Assembly (NCBI GenBank): GCA_034723415.1
Contig: JAYEOX010000061.1
Coordinates: forward strand, 1 to 17,113
DNA: 17,113 nucleotides
Direction: 5' to 3'
Source: Fidelibacterota bacterium
GTDB taxonomy: Bacteria; Fidelibacterota; Fidelibacteria; Fidelibacterales; Fidelibacteraceae
The notes under the pieces were generated by a model. That model was given only the letters and a program-made list of their open reading frames with translations, did no database searches and was not told where the DNA came from. Both the position numbers and the translations under genes were made by a program. Shown in pieces: positions 7,873 to 17,054 of this stretch; position 1 is the stretch's first letter, and every line of letters starts with the position of its first letter.

Positions 7873-9468
7873 ATGAAAAGAAATAAGATATTATTAATTG
7901 TTTTGTCTATTGTAATAATTATTAGCATTTCACTAACTCAACAAAGCAAAGTGTCCGGAAAAACTGACGATCTATACCTAAAAATGAAAGTTTTTAATGA
8001 CATTATAGCGATTGCAAATGAGAATTATGTTGAAGAGGTTGATTGGGAAACTACAATGGAAGGAGCTTATAGAGGTCTTTTGGAGGAGTTGGATCCCCAT
8101 TCTGTTTATATAGAAAAAAAAGACAGGGAAAAAATAGAGGAGGATTTTAAGGGCGAATTTCAAGGAATAGGAATCGAATTTGATATTATTGATGGATATA
8201 TTACGGTAATTTCTCCAATAGTAGGGACGCCATCTGAAAAGGTAGGTCTGCAATCTGGTGATAAATTTATAGAAATAGATGGAGAATCGGCTTATAAAAT
8301 TACAAAAAAAGAGACATTTAACAAATTGCGTGGAAAAAAGGGAACTAAAGTTTCTCTCACAATAAAGAGGCCGGGTGTAAAGGAACCGTTTAAAGTAGAA
8401 ATTATTAGAGATGATATTCCAATTTATTCGGTAATAGCTAAATTTATTTATGATAAAGATATTGGTTATATTAAAGTCAATAGATTTGCTGCAGAAACAG
8501 GAAATGAATTTCGTCAAGCATTAAAAGAATTAAAAGGAAATGGAATGAAATCTTTGATCTTGGATTTGCGTTCTAATGGAGGCGGATATTTACATCAAGC
8601 TGTTGAAATGCTGGATAATTTTTTCAATAAAGGAGTGAAACTTGTCTATACAAAAGGAAGAATAAGCAATTCCAATGAAGAATATTTTTCACGAACTAAG
8701 GGAGGATTTACGGATATTCCGCTGATTATTCTTATAAATCGTGCATCAGCAAGTGCATCTGAAGTTGTTTCCGGTGCAATCCAGGATTTAGATAGAGGCC
8801 TTATCATTGGTAAAACATCTTTTGGTAAAGGATTAGTTCAGCGACAGTGGAAATTACGTGATGGCTCTGCATTGAGAATCACAATTGCAAAATATTACAC
8901 ACCGTCAGGTCGATTAATACAACGTCCTTATAATGAAGGTACTTATAAATATTATAAAGAAATATCTACTGCTCCTGATAGTATTTTTAGTGATTCGTTA
9001 GATAATGAAGAACACGTGCGGCCCAAATTTACAACAAAATCTGGTAGAACAGTATATGGCGGTGGCGGTATTACTCCAGATATTAAAGTAAAAAGTGACT
9101 TTGATCCCAATAAAAGTACGGCAAAAATATATAGAAAATCATATAGAATCTTTTTTCAATTTGCTCAAGAATATTTAGAGAAGCATCCTGAATATAATGT
9201 AATGGATGTAAATAATTTTGTTTTCAATGTTGAGTTTCCCGAAACATTTATGAATGATTTTTATAAATATGTTTCTCAATCGATTGAGGAAATAAATATA
9301 GATGATCTAAAAAAGGACAAATCTTTAATTGAAATGCAAATAAAATCTGAAATAGCAAAAATTATTTGGGATAATAACGCTTTTTGGAAAACAAGACTGA
9401 CTTACGATAAACAGTTCGAGAAAGCACTTAATTCGATAGAAGAGGCCGAAATAATAACAGAATTGTAA
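7873..9468 (+). CDS. S41 family carboxy-terminal processing protease (CtpA/Prc-like) with PDZ domain
   Basis: LDPHSVY, GIGIEF (PDZ), LDLRSNGGG, SASASEVVSGAIQD, SFGKGLVQ, YYTPSGR. Start moved to ATG 7873, which has an AAGGA RBS and the signal/anchor MKRNKILLIV. Confidence 0.95.
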   Translation: MKRNKILLIVLSIVIIISISLTQQSKVSGKTDDLYLKMKVFNDIIAIANENYVEEVDWETTMEGAYRGLLEELDPHSVYIEKKDREKIEEDFKGEFQGIGIEFDIIDGYITVISPIVGTPSEKVGLQSGDKFIEIDGESAYKITKKETFNKLRGKKGTKVSLTIKRPGVKEPFKVEIIRDDIPIYSVIAKFIYDKDIGYIKVNRFAAETGNEFRQALKELKGNGMKSLILDLRSNGGGYLHQAVEMLDNFFNKGVKLVYTKGRISNSNEEYFSRTKGGFTDIPLIILINRASASASEVVSGAIQDLDRGLIIGKTSFGKGLVQRQWKLRDGSALRITIAKYYTPSGRLIQRPYNEGTYKYYKEISTAPDSIFSDSLDNEEHVRPKFTTKSGRTVYGGGGITPDIKVKSDFDPNKSTAKIYRKSYRIFFQFAQEYLEKHPEYNVMDVNNFVFNVEFPETFMNDFYKYVSQSIEEINIDDLKKDKSLIEMQIKSEIAKIIWDNNAFWKTRLTYDKQFEKALNSIEEAEIITEL

Positions 9469-9526
9469 AGCACTTATTATTTTATTATGGAAATAAACAA
9501 TATTTTTAAATAAACAAATAATATTA

Positions 9527-9555
9527 TTGACATTAATAAAATTATTAGTTAAAAT
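9527..9555 (+). promoter_or_regulatory. sigma70-type promoter of the exbBDD-tonB operon
   Basis: TTGACA (9527-9532), 17 nt, TAAAAT (9550-9555). Confidence 0.7.
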
Positions 9556-9600
9556 ATAGGTTAGAAAGAGAAAGATAATATAAAATTGGAGGAAAAAAAT

Positions 9601-10218
9601 ATGTTAGTTAATTTATTTGTTCAAGGTGGTGCATTTATGTGGCCTATTTTAGTGGTATTTGCTCTTGGGTTAATTATTAGTTTTGAAAGAATTTATTCTC
9701 TATCAGTAGCTGGAGTTCAAACAAAAATTTTTTTAAAGAATGTAGAAGATACATTAAGAGATGAAGGTGTAGAAGCTGCAAAAGAATATTGTGCCGAATC
9801 AAGTAGTCCTGTTGCTTCAATGTATCATGAGGGATTAAGTAGAGTAGATCAAGGACTAGAAAAGGTAGAAAAGACAATTGCTTCTGCCGGATCTTTGGAA
9901 ATGGCATTTTTAGAAAAAAATCAAGTTTGGTTATCAACAGTTATTACAATTGCACCTATGTTGGGATTTACAGGAACCGTTTGGGGAATGGTAAAAGCGT
10001 TCCAAGATATTGCTAAAGCAAATGATATTTCACCTACTATTGTTGCTTCAGGTATTTCTATGGCTTTATTGACAACATTATTCGGATTAATAGTAGCTAT
10101 GATAATCCAAGTTTTTCAAAATTGGTTTTTGACAAGAATTGACAAATTGATCATTGATATGGAAAAAAGCTCTGTAACTTTATTGGATGTTTTGTCTGAA
10201 AAAAATATTAAAGAATAA
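9601..10218 (+). CDS. exbB: MotA/TolQ/ExbB proton channel protein
   Basis: QGGAFMWPI, IAPMLGFTGTVWGMV, GISMALLTTLFGL. Start ATG 9601 follows GGAGG (9588-9592), which the TTG at 9586 overlaps. Confidence 0.93.
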   Translation: MLVNLFVQGGAFMWPILVVFALGLIISFERIYSLSVAGVQTKIFLKNVEDTLRDEGVEAAKEYCAESSSPVASMYHEGLSRVDQGLEKVEKTIASAGSLEMAFLEKNQVWLSTVITIAPMLGFTGTVWGMVKAFQDIAKANDISPTIVASGISMALLTTLFGLIVAMIIQVFQNWFLTRIDKLIIDMEKSSVTLLDVLSEKNIKE

Positions 10219-10236
10219 ATAATACAAGAGTAAATT

Positions 10237-10629
10237 ATGTTTACAGAAAAAAAGAAAAAACGAGAAACAGAGATTCCTTCTTCTTCAATGGCTGATATTG
10301 CTTTTTTATTGTTGGTTTTTTTTCTTATGGTTTCTACAATTGATCAAGATAAAGGGGTTCAAATGTTATTGCCACCTACGGGAGGTGAATTAGAAATTAA
10401 TAAGAAAAATATTACAATTGTTCAAATCAATTCTGAGGGGATAGTATTATTTAATGATGAGGTTGTACCGTTAGAACAAATAAACGTTCGTACAAAAAAT
10501 ATGATAATTAAGAATCCCAAGATGATATTTTCGGTACAAACAGATGCAAAAACAAAATATCAAGATTATCTAAGTGTTATTGATCAATTAAAAATTGCAG
10601 ATGCAAAAAAAATATCTATAGCAGGATAA
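10237..10629 (+). CDS. exbD: biopolymer transport ExbD/TolR protein
   Basis: SSMADIAFLLLVFFLM TM helix with the conserved Asp. Confidence 0.92.
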   Translation: MFTEKKKKRETEIPSSSMADIAFLLLVFFLMVSTIDQDKGVQMLLPPTGGELEINKKNITIVQINSEGIVLFNDEVVPLEQINVRTKNMIIKNPKMIFSVQTDAKTKYQDYLSVIDQLKIADAKKISIAG

Positions 10630-10651
10630 ATAAATTTAAAGGTAATTAGAT

Positions 10652-11071
10652 ATGAAATTAAAACGAAAAAGTGATTCAAAAGCAAAAATTCCTACTTCTT
10701 CAATGCCGGATATTATTTTTATGTTGCTAATATTTTTTATGATGTCAACGGTATTAAGAACAGTTGAAGGATTGGATGTAATTCTTCCCAAAGCAAAAAA
10801 AATTGAGACATTAGAAGGGAGTCAAAGACATGTAGCTTATGTTTTTGTTGGTCGTGATGGGGTTATTTCTATTGATGACAAAATGGTTAACCCGAGTGAT
10901 GTTAGTAAGGCAATTTATCAGAAAAGAAAAGATGATAACCAGTTAACTATTTCACTTAGAGCAGATCATGAAGTAGCAATGAAAGCAATATCTAATATTC
11001 ATTCAGAATTAAGAAAAGCCAATGCCTTAAAATTAAATTATTCTGCCGAAACTAAAACAACACCTTATTAG
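10652..11071 (+). CDS. exbD: second ExbD/TolR protein
   Basis: SSMPDIIFMLLIFFMM TM helix with Asp; LPKA; LRAD. Confidence 0.92.
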   Translation: MKLKRKSDSKAKIPTSSMPDIIFMLLIFFMMSTVLRTVEGLDVILPKAKKIETLEGSQRHVAYVFVGRDGVISIDDKMVNPSDVSKAIYQKRKDDNQLTISLRADHEVAMKAISNIHSELRKANALKLNYSAETKTTPY

Positions 11072-11080
11072 GAGGTTATA

Positions 11081-11743
11081 ATGTCAGGAGAAAAATTTAA
11101 AATATTTAAAGAAAGATCATCATTTTACTCCGAAGTATCTGCAGCACTTGTAATGTTCTTATTTTTACTTGGTTTTTATTTTATTCCGAAAATTGAGTAT
11201 AAACCTAAAAAAATTGAAAAACATATTCAAGTAATGGATGCGGTTGAGATACCTGAAACTGAGAAACTAGAGCAAGCAGCACCACCTGAAAAACCTACTG
11301 TTCCGGTGATGAGTGAAGATGTTGATGTTTCTGAAGATGTAACGATAGAAGATTTTACTTTTGATGATTATGAAGCTATGGATGCTCCACCACCACCTCC
11401 GGAAGAAAATACAGATGAAGGAGGAGGTTCTAGAGTAAAATTTATTCCTTATGATGAAGCACCTGTTCCTATTGGCGGTCAGGCAGCAATTCTAAGAAAT
11501 ATTGTTTATCCAGAAATAGCTCGTGAAGCACAGATAGAAGGTAAGGTAGTAATTCAAGCATTTATCAATGAACAAGGTATTGTTACTGACTGTGTTGTAT
11601 TTGATGGAATTCCCAATACAGGTCTAAATGAAGCAGCAATTAAAGCAATTAGAAAAACAAGATTTAAGCCGGCAAAACAGAGAGATAGAAATGTTGGTGT
11701 TTGGATTGCAATTCCGATTAATTTTAAATTAAAAAATAATTGA
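11081..11743 (+). CDS. tonB: energy transducer TonB
   Basis: N-terminal TM, acidic/Pro-rich linker (APPPPPEE), C-terminal YPEIAREAQIEGKV...FKPAKQ...PINF; RBS GGAGG. Confidence 0.92.
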   Translation: MSGEKFKIFKERSSFYSEVSAALVMFLFLLGFYFIPKIEYKPKKIEKHIQVMDAVEIPETEKLEQAAPPEKPTVPVMSEDVDVSEDVTIEDFTFDDYEAMDAPPPPPEENTDEGGGSRVKFIPYDEAPVPIGGQAAILRNIVYPEIAREAQIEGKVVIQAFINEQGIVTDCVVFDGIPNTGLNEAAIKAIRKTRFKPAKQRDRNVGVWIAIPINFKLKNN

Positions 11744-11777
11744 TAATAAATTAAAATTAATTTTAAGAATAAAACAT

Positions 11778-11810
11778 AAAAACAGTAGAAAAATTATCTA
11801 CTGTTTTTTT
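11778..11810. terminator. bidirectional intrinsic terminator between convergent tonB and the NhaC gene
   Basis: aaaaacagtaga-aaaatta-tctactgttttt(tt) hairpin with A and T tails. Confidence 0.85.
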
Positions 11811-11904
11811 ATTAATATTGCTTTTATTGAATTTGTGAAATTAAATATTATTTACAAAATAGATAACGAAAATTAAAATAATAAAAATATTTTAATTCTA
11901 TTTT

Positions 11905-13614
11905 TTATTTATCTACCTTTTTTCCAACAAAAAATATCATAAAGAAAAGAATTCCACTTCCCATTAATAATAAGATCCAAACAGGTACACCCAATGATGC
12001 AGGTATATATCCGACTAATACTGCAACTATTGCAACGGGAATAGTATAAAATAATTGAGTGCGAACATGGTCAATATGATCACAAGAAGCCCCCATAGAT
12101 GATAAAATTGTCGTATCTGAAATAGGCGAACAATGATCTCCAAATATTGCGCCGGTTAGAACTGCACCAATATTAATGCTTAAAAAGAGTGGATCTGGTG
12201 ATATTGCATAAGCTAATGGAATAGTTAGTGGCATTAAGATTCCCATTGTTCCATAAGATGTTCCTGTTGCAAATGAAATTATTGCTCCAAGAATAAAAAT
12301 TATTGACGAGAGTAAAAACGGAGGAATTCTTCCGGATAAAATACTTACTAAATATCTTGCAGTACCTAATTCCTTTACAACACCACTTAATGACCATGCA
12401 AGTGCTAATATTAAAATTGTAATTACTAATGACTTAACTCCTTTTACCCAAATTTCAATTGCTTCTTTGATGGAAAATATTTTTTGAAAGCGTCCCATTA
12501 AAGCTGCTAAGATACTTGATAAAAAAGCTGCCTGAAAAAGAACAATAGCTGCATTAGAATTGCTAAAACATTCTCTTAATGCGAATCCAGATATTGGGTT
12601 GTTTTTTATCTGATTTATTAATTCAAAATTGGTTCCAGCTAGTATCGTTTGATATCCGTTATAATATAATCCTAAAAAAGCCACAGTTATTAAAGTTGAA
12701 ATTGGTATAATTGCATTAATCATCCTTAACTTAATATTTTCCTTTGGTTGAAGACCTTGATTTTCCAGATCGCTTAATAATTCGGCCGTATCTGAATGGA
12801 CTTTACCTGTTTTGCGAGCTCTTAATTCTGCTCGTCTCATAGGTCCGAATTCTCTTAACAAAATTGCTGAAAAGAAAATAAATATCAGAATAAAAATATT
12901 ATAAAATCTAAATGGAATAGTAGAAATAAAAATGCTATAAGCACTCACATCTTGTCCAATTACATCAAATCCGTCTTTAATTAATCCTAATTCATAACCG
13001 ACCCAAGTAGAAATTAGAGCAATACCAGCAATTGGAGCTGCAGTAGCATCTATTACAAATGATAATTTCTCTCTTGAAACTCTCATTTTATCTGTTACAG
13101 GTCTCATTATCGGACCAACGGTTAAAGCATTAGCATAATCGTCAAAAAATACAACAATTCCCAATAACCAAGTATAAATTTGTGTGGAAGTTGGTGATTT
13201 AGCTTTTTTTGATAGTTTTTCAGCAATTGCTTTTGCACCGCCCATTTTTGATATTAATGCTATCAATCCACCAATAGTTAATGTTTGTAAAATAATTCCG
13301 GCATTCCAGGGTGAAGAGACTGCCTCTAATATTTCTTGAGTTACTTTTAAAAAACTAAAAATAAATGTGCTAATTATATTATGTTTTTCTATTAATAAAA
13401 TATAAACACCGGAAAATACTCCTGTAAATAATGATAAAAGTACATTTTTAGTAATAAAAGCTAACACAATTGCAACTATTGGAGGAATCAATGTCCAAAT
13501 TCCCCATTTATCAGCATTTACCTGTGCCATTGATGAATCTGCAGAGTATCCGATAGATACAAAAATAATTGATAATAATATTCCAACTATAAGAAATTTG
13601 AAGTATTTATTCAT
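11905..13614 (-). CDS. Na+/H+ antiporter NhaC family transporter (substrate not determinable)
   Basis: Many TM helices; FFDDYAN, DATAAP, FATGTSYGT, GAIFGDHCSPISDTTILSS. Confidence 0.92.
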   Translation of the reverse strand: MNKYFKFLIVGILLSIIFVSIGYSADSSMAQVNADKWGIWTLIPPIVAIVLAFITKNVLLSLFTGVFSGVYILLIEKHNIISTFIFSFLKVTQEILEAVSSPWNAGIILQTLTIGGLIALISKMGGAKAIAEKLSKKAKSPTSTQIYTWLLGIVVFFDDYANALTVGPIMRPVTDKMRVSREKLSFVIDATAAPIAGIALISTWVGYELGLIKDGFDVIGQDVSAYSIFISTIPFRFYNIFILIFIFFSAILLREFGPMRRAELRARKTGKVHSDTAELLSDLENQGLQPKENIKLRMINAIIPISTLITVAFLGLYYNGYQTILAGTNFELINQIKNNPISGFALRECFSNSNAAIVLFQAAFLSSILAALMGRFQKIFSIKEAIEIWVKGVKSLVITILILALAWSLSGVVKELGTARYLVSILSGRIPPFLLSSIIFILGAIISFATGTSYGTMGILMPLTIPLAYAISPDPLFLSINIGAVLTGAIFGDHCSPISDTTILSSMGASCDHIDHVRTQLFYTIPVAIVAVLVGYIPASLGVPVWILLLMGSGILFFMIFFVGKKVDK

Positions 13615-13708
13615 TAAAGCCTCATTCAGTTATAAATATTTATTTGGTCATTCATTGCTTAAATTTAAAAGATATATCTATAATTTACAAAGATAAATAT
13701 ATAAAAAT

Positions 13709-13740
13709 AAAAAAAGACAGAATTTATATTCTGTCTTTTT
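13709..13740 (-). terminator. intrinsic terminator of the lipoprotein-OMP operon
   Basis: aaaaagacagaat-ttat-attctgtcttttt perfect 13-bp inverted repeat with a 7-U tail on the - strand, 26 nt after the stop codon. Confidence 0.85.
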
Positions 13741-13766
13741 AATATTAAAATTATAAAAGTAAAAAT

Positions 13767-14915
13767 TTAAAAATGTAATGACATACCTAAAATGATTTGA
13801 TCCCAAGTTTCGTTAATAATACTTCCATTATTTGTTTCATAATCCCAATCATATCTCTGATATGCTCCGTGAATACTAATCTGTTGTTTTATTAAATATG
13901 AAAATCCACCACTTATTATATTTCTGGTTTTATCGGAATGCGGTTCGGGTAAAATCTGATAACCGCCGTATAAATGTAAAGGCAAAAAAGGCATATGAAG
14001 CGCACCACCAAAATGGTGTGATATTGTTTGTGACAAATAGTTTTCTATTTCTTCATTAATGTCTGTAATATCAGATGAATATAGGTCGTCTGACGAAAAT
14101 TCCATATTTTTCCAATCAGTCCATTCAGCTTCATAAAAAAGATTAAAGTACTTGAATAATGCACTTGCTCCAAGATGTATTGACAATGGACGGGTTGAAG
14201 AGTATTCAATTTTTCCTAAATCATATCCATCATTATAAGTAAAATCGTCATTGATATTTATTTTTCTCGGCAGGTCTACTGACATTCCCCAGTTAAAATT
14301 TTTGGATATTTTTTGAAACATTCCTATTGTAGCACTAATTCCATTATAATCAACATTTTGAGCAAATCCCATAGTATCAGGCGAAACATTTGGATATTCA
14401 CGAGAAATATCAATATTCCCATTAGGAATAATAATGTCTGCACCTACAAAAAGATTTTCTGCAATTTCAGAAGCCACTGCAAAATGCCAATTTTTCATTT
14501 TCCCTTCGTTTCGTTGTTTAAAAGCATCTCCATAATCATCTACATCTTGATAAGATAGTGCAAATTCTTTTTCTTTTTCTAAACTTGTTGCCAGAACAAT
14601 GCTACCACGATAGACCTTTATTGGATAGATTAAACTAAATGTCCCAAAACTGCTTTGTGGTAAATTATTTGAGCCACTATTGAATTCACTTGAAGTATAA
14701 GTCAGTTCAACTGTTTTAAAACGCTGTAATCCAAGATTTGCAGGATTGCTTGTGAATTCGGGAATAACTTGTCCACCGGCAACTGTTGCATTGCCAACCC
14801 CAACTCCAATTGATTGAGAACCTTTAAATCCGTAAAATGGAGTTAAGGCGTCAATATAATTTTGAGAGAATAAAAAAGAAAATGAGAGTAGTATTGTTAA
14901 AAGTATTTTTTTCAT
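13767..14915 (-). CDS. outer-membrane beta-barrel, OmpP1/FadL-like
   Basis: Signal peptide MKKILLTILLSFSFLFS; N-terminal hatch-like segment ending in NPANLG; alternating beta-strands; C-terminal LGMSLHF. Confidence 0.75.
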   Translation of the reverse strand: MKKILLTILLSFSFLFSQNYIDALTPFYGFKGSQSIGVGVGNATVAGGQVIPEFTSNPANLGLQRFKTVELTYTSSEFNSGSNNLPQSSFGTFSLIYPIKVYRGSIVLATSLEKEKEFALSYQDVDDYGDAFKQRNEGKMKNWHFAVASEIAENLFVGADIIIPNGNIDISREYPNVSPDTMGFAQNVDYNGISATIGMFQKISKNFNWGMSVDLPRKININDDFTYNDGYDLGKIEYSSTRPLSIHLGASALFKYFNLFYEAEWTDWKNMEFSSDDLYSSDITDINEEIENYLSQTISHHFGGALHMPFLPLHLYGGYQILPEPHSDKTRNIISGGFSYLIKQQISIHGAYQRYDWDYETNNGSIINETWDQIILGMSLHF

Positions 14916-15778
14916 TATCGTTTCCTTGATCTACTTTTTCTAGATGATTTTTTATTTGAGTCATCTGAAGAATTATTTGAAGAATTTGATTTTGATGAAC
15001 TGTGTGTTCTTGACACAGATCCACTAGAGCTGGAAGTATGTGATTTTCGAGATGCAGATTTTGTTCCGGAGCTTCTGTCTGAAGATTTATTTGATGAATT
15101 AGAATTAGATGAACTACTTGAACTTGTTACAGTCGTATTAGAATTAGAAGTGTTTGATTTTCGTGAAGCGGATTTGGTACCTGAATCTCTTGAAGGTTTG
15201 TTTGTATCGCTGCTGCTTGACTTTTGATTAATTATCCTGACAGACGGAGTATTGTTTACAGTAGAACCACTTCCGATAACTATTCCGCCTGTACTAGTAC
15301 TTGGAGCTGGAGGAGGATCGCTTGCTCTTGTACCACTTAATCTTCTGCCTCTATTAACATTTCTTCTATTTACTTTCTCATTTGAATATGTGGTTGATGT
15401 TCCACTATTCCATCCATACCAATCATTCCAGTAGTACCAATTATTATTATTATTAAAATAGTAATGACCATTATAATAGTAAGGATCGTATCCATAATAG
15501 TATGAATTATAAGAATATGGATCCCAAATATAAGAATTTACTAATGGATAATATCTGTACTGATATGGGGAATAATAATATCTATCATAATATCTATTAT
15601 TATCATAATTATCATATCTATCATAATTATAGGTATTGTGTTCTGTAATATTTGGTTTTAATATTATTACATTGGCTGAATCGGGAATTTCATTCATAAC
15701 AGAATCCGGTGGATAAAAAGTTGTATAACAGCCGGAGATTAAAATAACACCGACTAATAAAAATAATATATTTTTCAT
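14915..15778 (-). CDS. lipoprotein with Tyr/Asn/Asp-rich segment and Ser/Lys/Arg-rich disordered tail
   Basis: Lipobox LISG-C17; RBS AAGGAG; stop overlaps the next start (TAATG). Confidence 0.85.
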   Translation of the reverse strand: MKNILFLLVGVILISGCYTTFYPPDSVMNEIPDSANVIILKPNITEHNTYNYDRYDNYDNNRYYDRYYYSPYQYRYYPLVNSYIWDPYSYNSYYYGYDPYYYNGHYYFNNNNNWYYWNDWYGWNSGTSTTYSNEKVNRRNVNRGRRLSGTRASDPPPAPSTSTGGIVIGSGSTVNNTPSVRIINQKSSSSDTNKPSRDSGTKSASRKSNTSNSNTTVTSSSSSSNSNSSNKSSDRSSGTKSASRKSHTSSSSGSVSRTHSSSKSNSSNNSSDDSNKKSSRKSRSRKR

Positions 15779-15919
15779 TTCTATCTCCTTTTTTTTAAGT
15801 TTACAAATAATTAACTAAAATTACAAATAAATGTTTCAAATAATATATCCTTTTTTACTCATTCTTAATTATTAGACACATTATTAATAAAATAGTTAGC
15901 AATAATGTAAAAAATGTTT

Positions 15920-16882
15920 TTAAAAATGATAGCGTTCTTTAGTGGTTCTTTCTTTGGTTTGTCTATTAATTGTATCTATTATTTTGTTCACCATTTTGTC
16001 TTTAGGAAGTGCTTTTTCATATTCAAACCAGAAATGAGGTGAATATTTCCTAAACCAAGTAAGTTGTCTTTTGGCATAATTCCTTGTCTTTTTTTTAATT
16101 TCAGTAATTGCTTTTGACAGGGAATATTCTTTGTTAAAATATTTGACTATTTCTTTGTAACCAACTGTATTGAGAGAATTTAATTTGGTATCATAACCCA
16201 TATCTAAAATGGTTTGCACTTCTTCTACCAAGCCGTTCTCAATCATTTTATCAACTCTATTATTTATTCTTTCGTATAAAATATTACGCGGACATTTTAA
16301 TCCGATCATTAAATAATCATATTGGAATTGATTTTTTTGTTCTTTAAAATGTTCTGTAGGATATTTACCGGTAATTTCAAATATTTCAAAAGATCTCGCT
16401 ATTCGTTTCTTATCATTTTTGCTAAATGTCTTTGCATATTCAGGATCATTTTTTTGCAATTCTTCCCAAAGATAATGCCAGCCTATTTTTTCCCCTCTCT
16501 TATATATATTTTCACGGATTTTTTTATCTGTAGTTGAATTGTCAAATATCATTCCCAAAATAGCTTGAATATAAAATCCGGATCCGCCACAAATAATTGT
16601 TGTTTTATTTTGTTTTATATTTTTATCAATTATTGCACGGGCTTGATTTCCAAATTTACCTGCACTAAAAAATTCATCAGGTTCTAAAATATCGACAAAA
16701 TAATGTTTGATTTCTGATAATTGTTTTTTTGATGCTTTTGCAGTTCCGATATTCAAATACTTATAAACTTGTCTGCTATCTGCTGAGATTATTTCTGCAT
16801 CTATTTTTTTTGCTAATGCTATTGATAATTCTGTTTTTCCGCTACCAGTTGGACCGACTATAAAAATGATTTGTTTTTTCAT
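15920..16882 (-). CDS. miaA: tRNA (A37-N6)-dimethylallyltransferase
   Basis: GPTGSGKT, ISADSRQVYKYLNIGTAK, GGSGFY, VGYKE, TRNYAKRQLTWFR. Confidence 0.97.
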   Translation of the reverse strand: MKKQIIFIVGPTGSGKTELSIALAKKIDAEIISADSRQVYKYLNIGTAKASKKQLSEIKHYFVDILEPDEFFSAGKFGNQARAIIDKNIKQNKTTIICGGSGFYIQAILGMIFDNSTTDKKIRENIYKRGEKIGWHYLWEELQKNDPEYAKTFSKNDKKRIARSFEIFEITGKYPTEHFKEQKNQFQYDYLMIGLKCPRNILYERINNRVDKMIENGLVEEVQTILDMGYDTKLNSLNTVGYKEIVKYFNKEYSLSKAITEIKKKTRNYAKRQLTWFRKYSPHFWFEYEKALPKDKMVNKIIDTINRQTKERTTKERYHF

Positions 16883-16930
16883 GTATTTATATTTTCCTTT
16901 TTAATATTTCACACCCGTTTGCTGCCTGTC

Positions 16931-17054
16931 TGCCACAAAAATCGCAAAGTATTTCTGATTTATCATAATATAGTCGTTTTCTTGGGGGTTAAAATTTATA
17001 AATGAATGTTTCATATGTAGATATTTCGTGTTATTTTTCGTGTCTTTCGTGGCA
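16931..17054. repeat. 124-bp segment bounded by imperfect inverted ends TGCCAC...GTGGCA, with (TTTCGTG)x3 in the right arm
   Basis: 16931-16949 tgccacaaaaatcgcaaag versus the reverse complement of 17036-17054 (tgccacgaaagacacgaaa): 13/19. TTTCGTG at 17024, 17036 and 17045. Confidence 0.6.

Noticed and set aside
9601..11743. Two exbD genes, no adjacent TonB-dependent receptor, and a TonB TM helix lacking His
   Set aside because: exbB-exbD-exbD(-tonB) operons unlinked to receptors are commonplace in FCB bacteria, so this is not novel
6723..16537. Antisense ORFs 6723-6926, 7978-8517, 9677-9937, 14313-14558, 15252-15434, 16322-16537 and same-strand out-of-frame ORF 12173-12397
   Set aside because: All lie entirely within confident CDSs and have no recognisable features
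1953..16882. Two tRNA-modification genes (trhP, miaA) in one window
   Set aside because: They are over 12 kb apart on opposite strands in unrelated operons, with no evidence of a functional cluster
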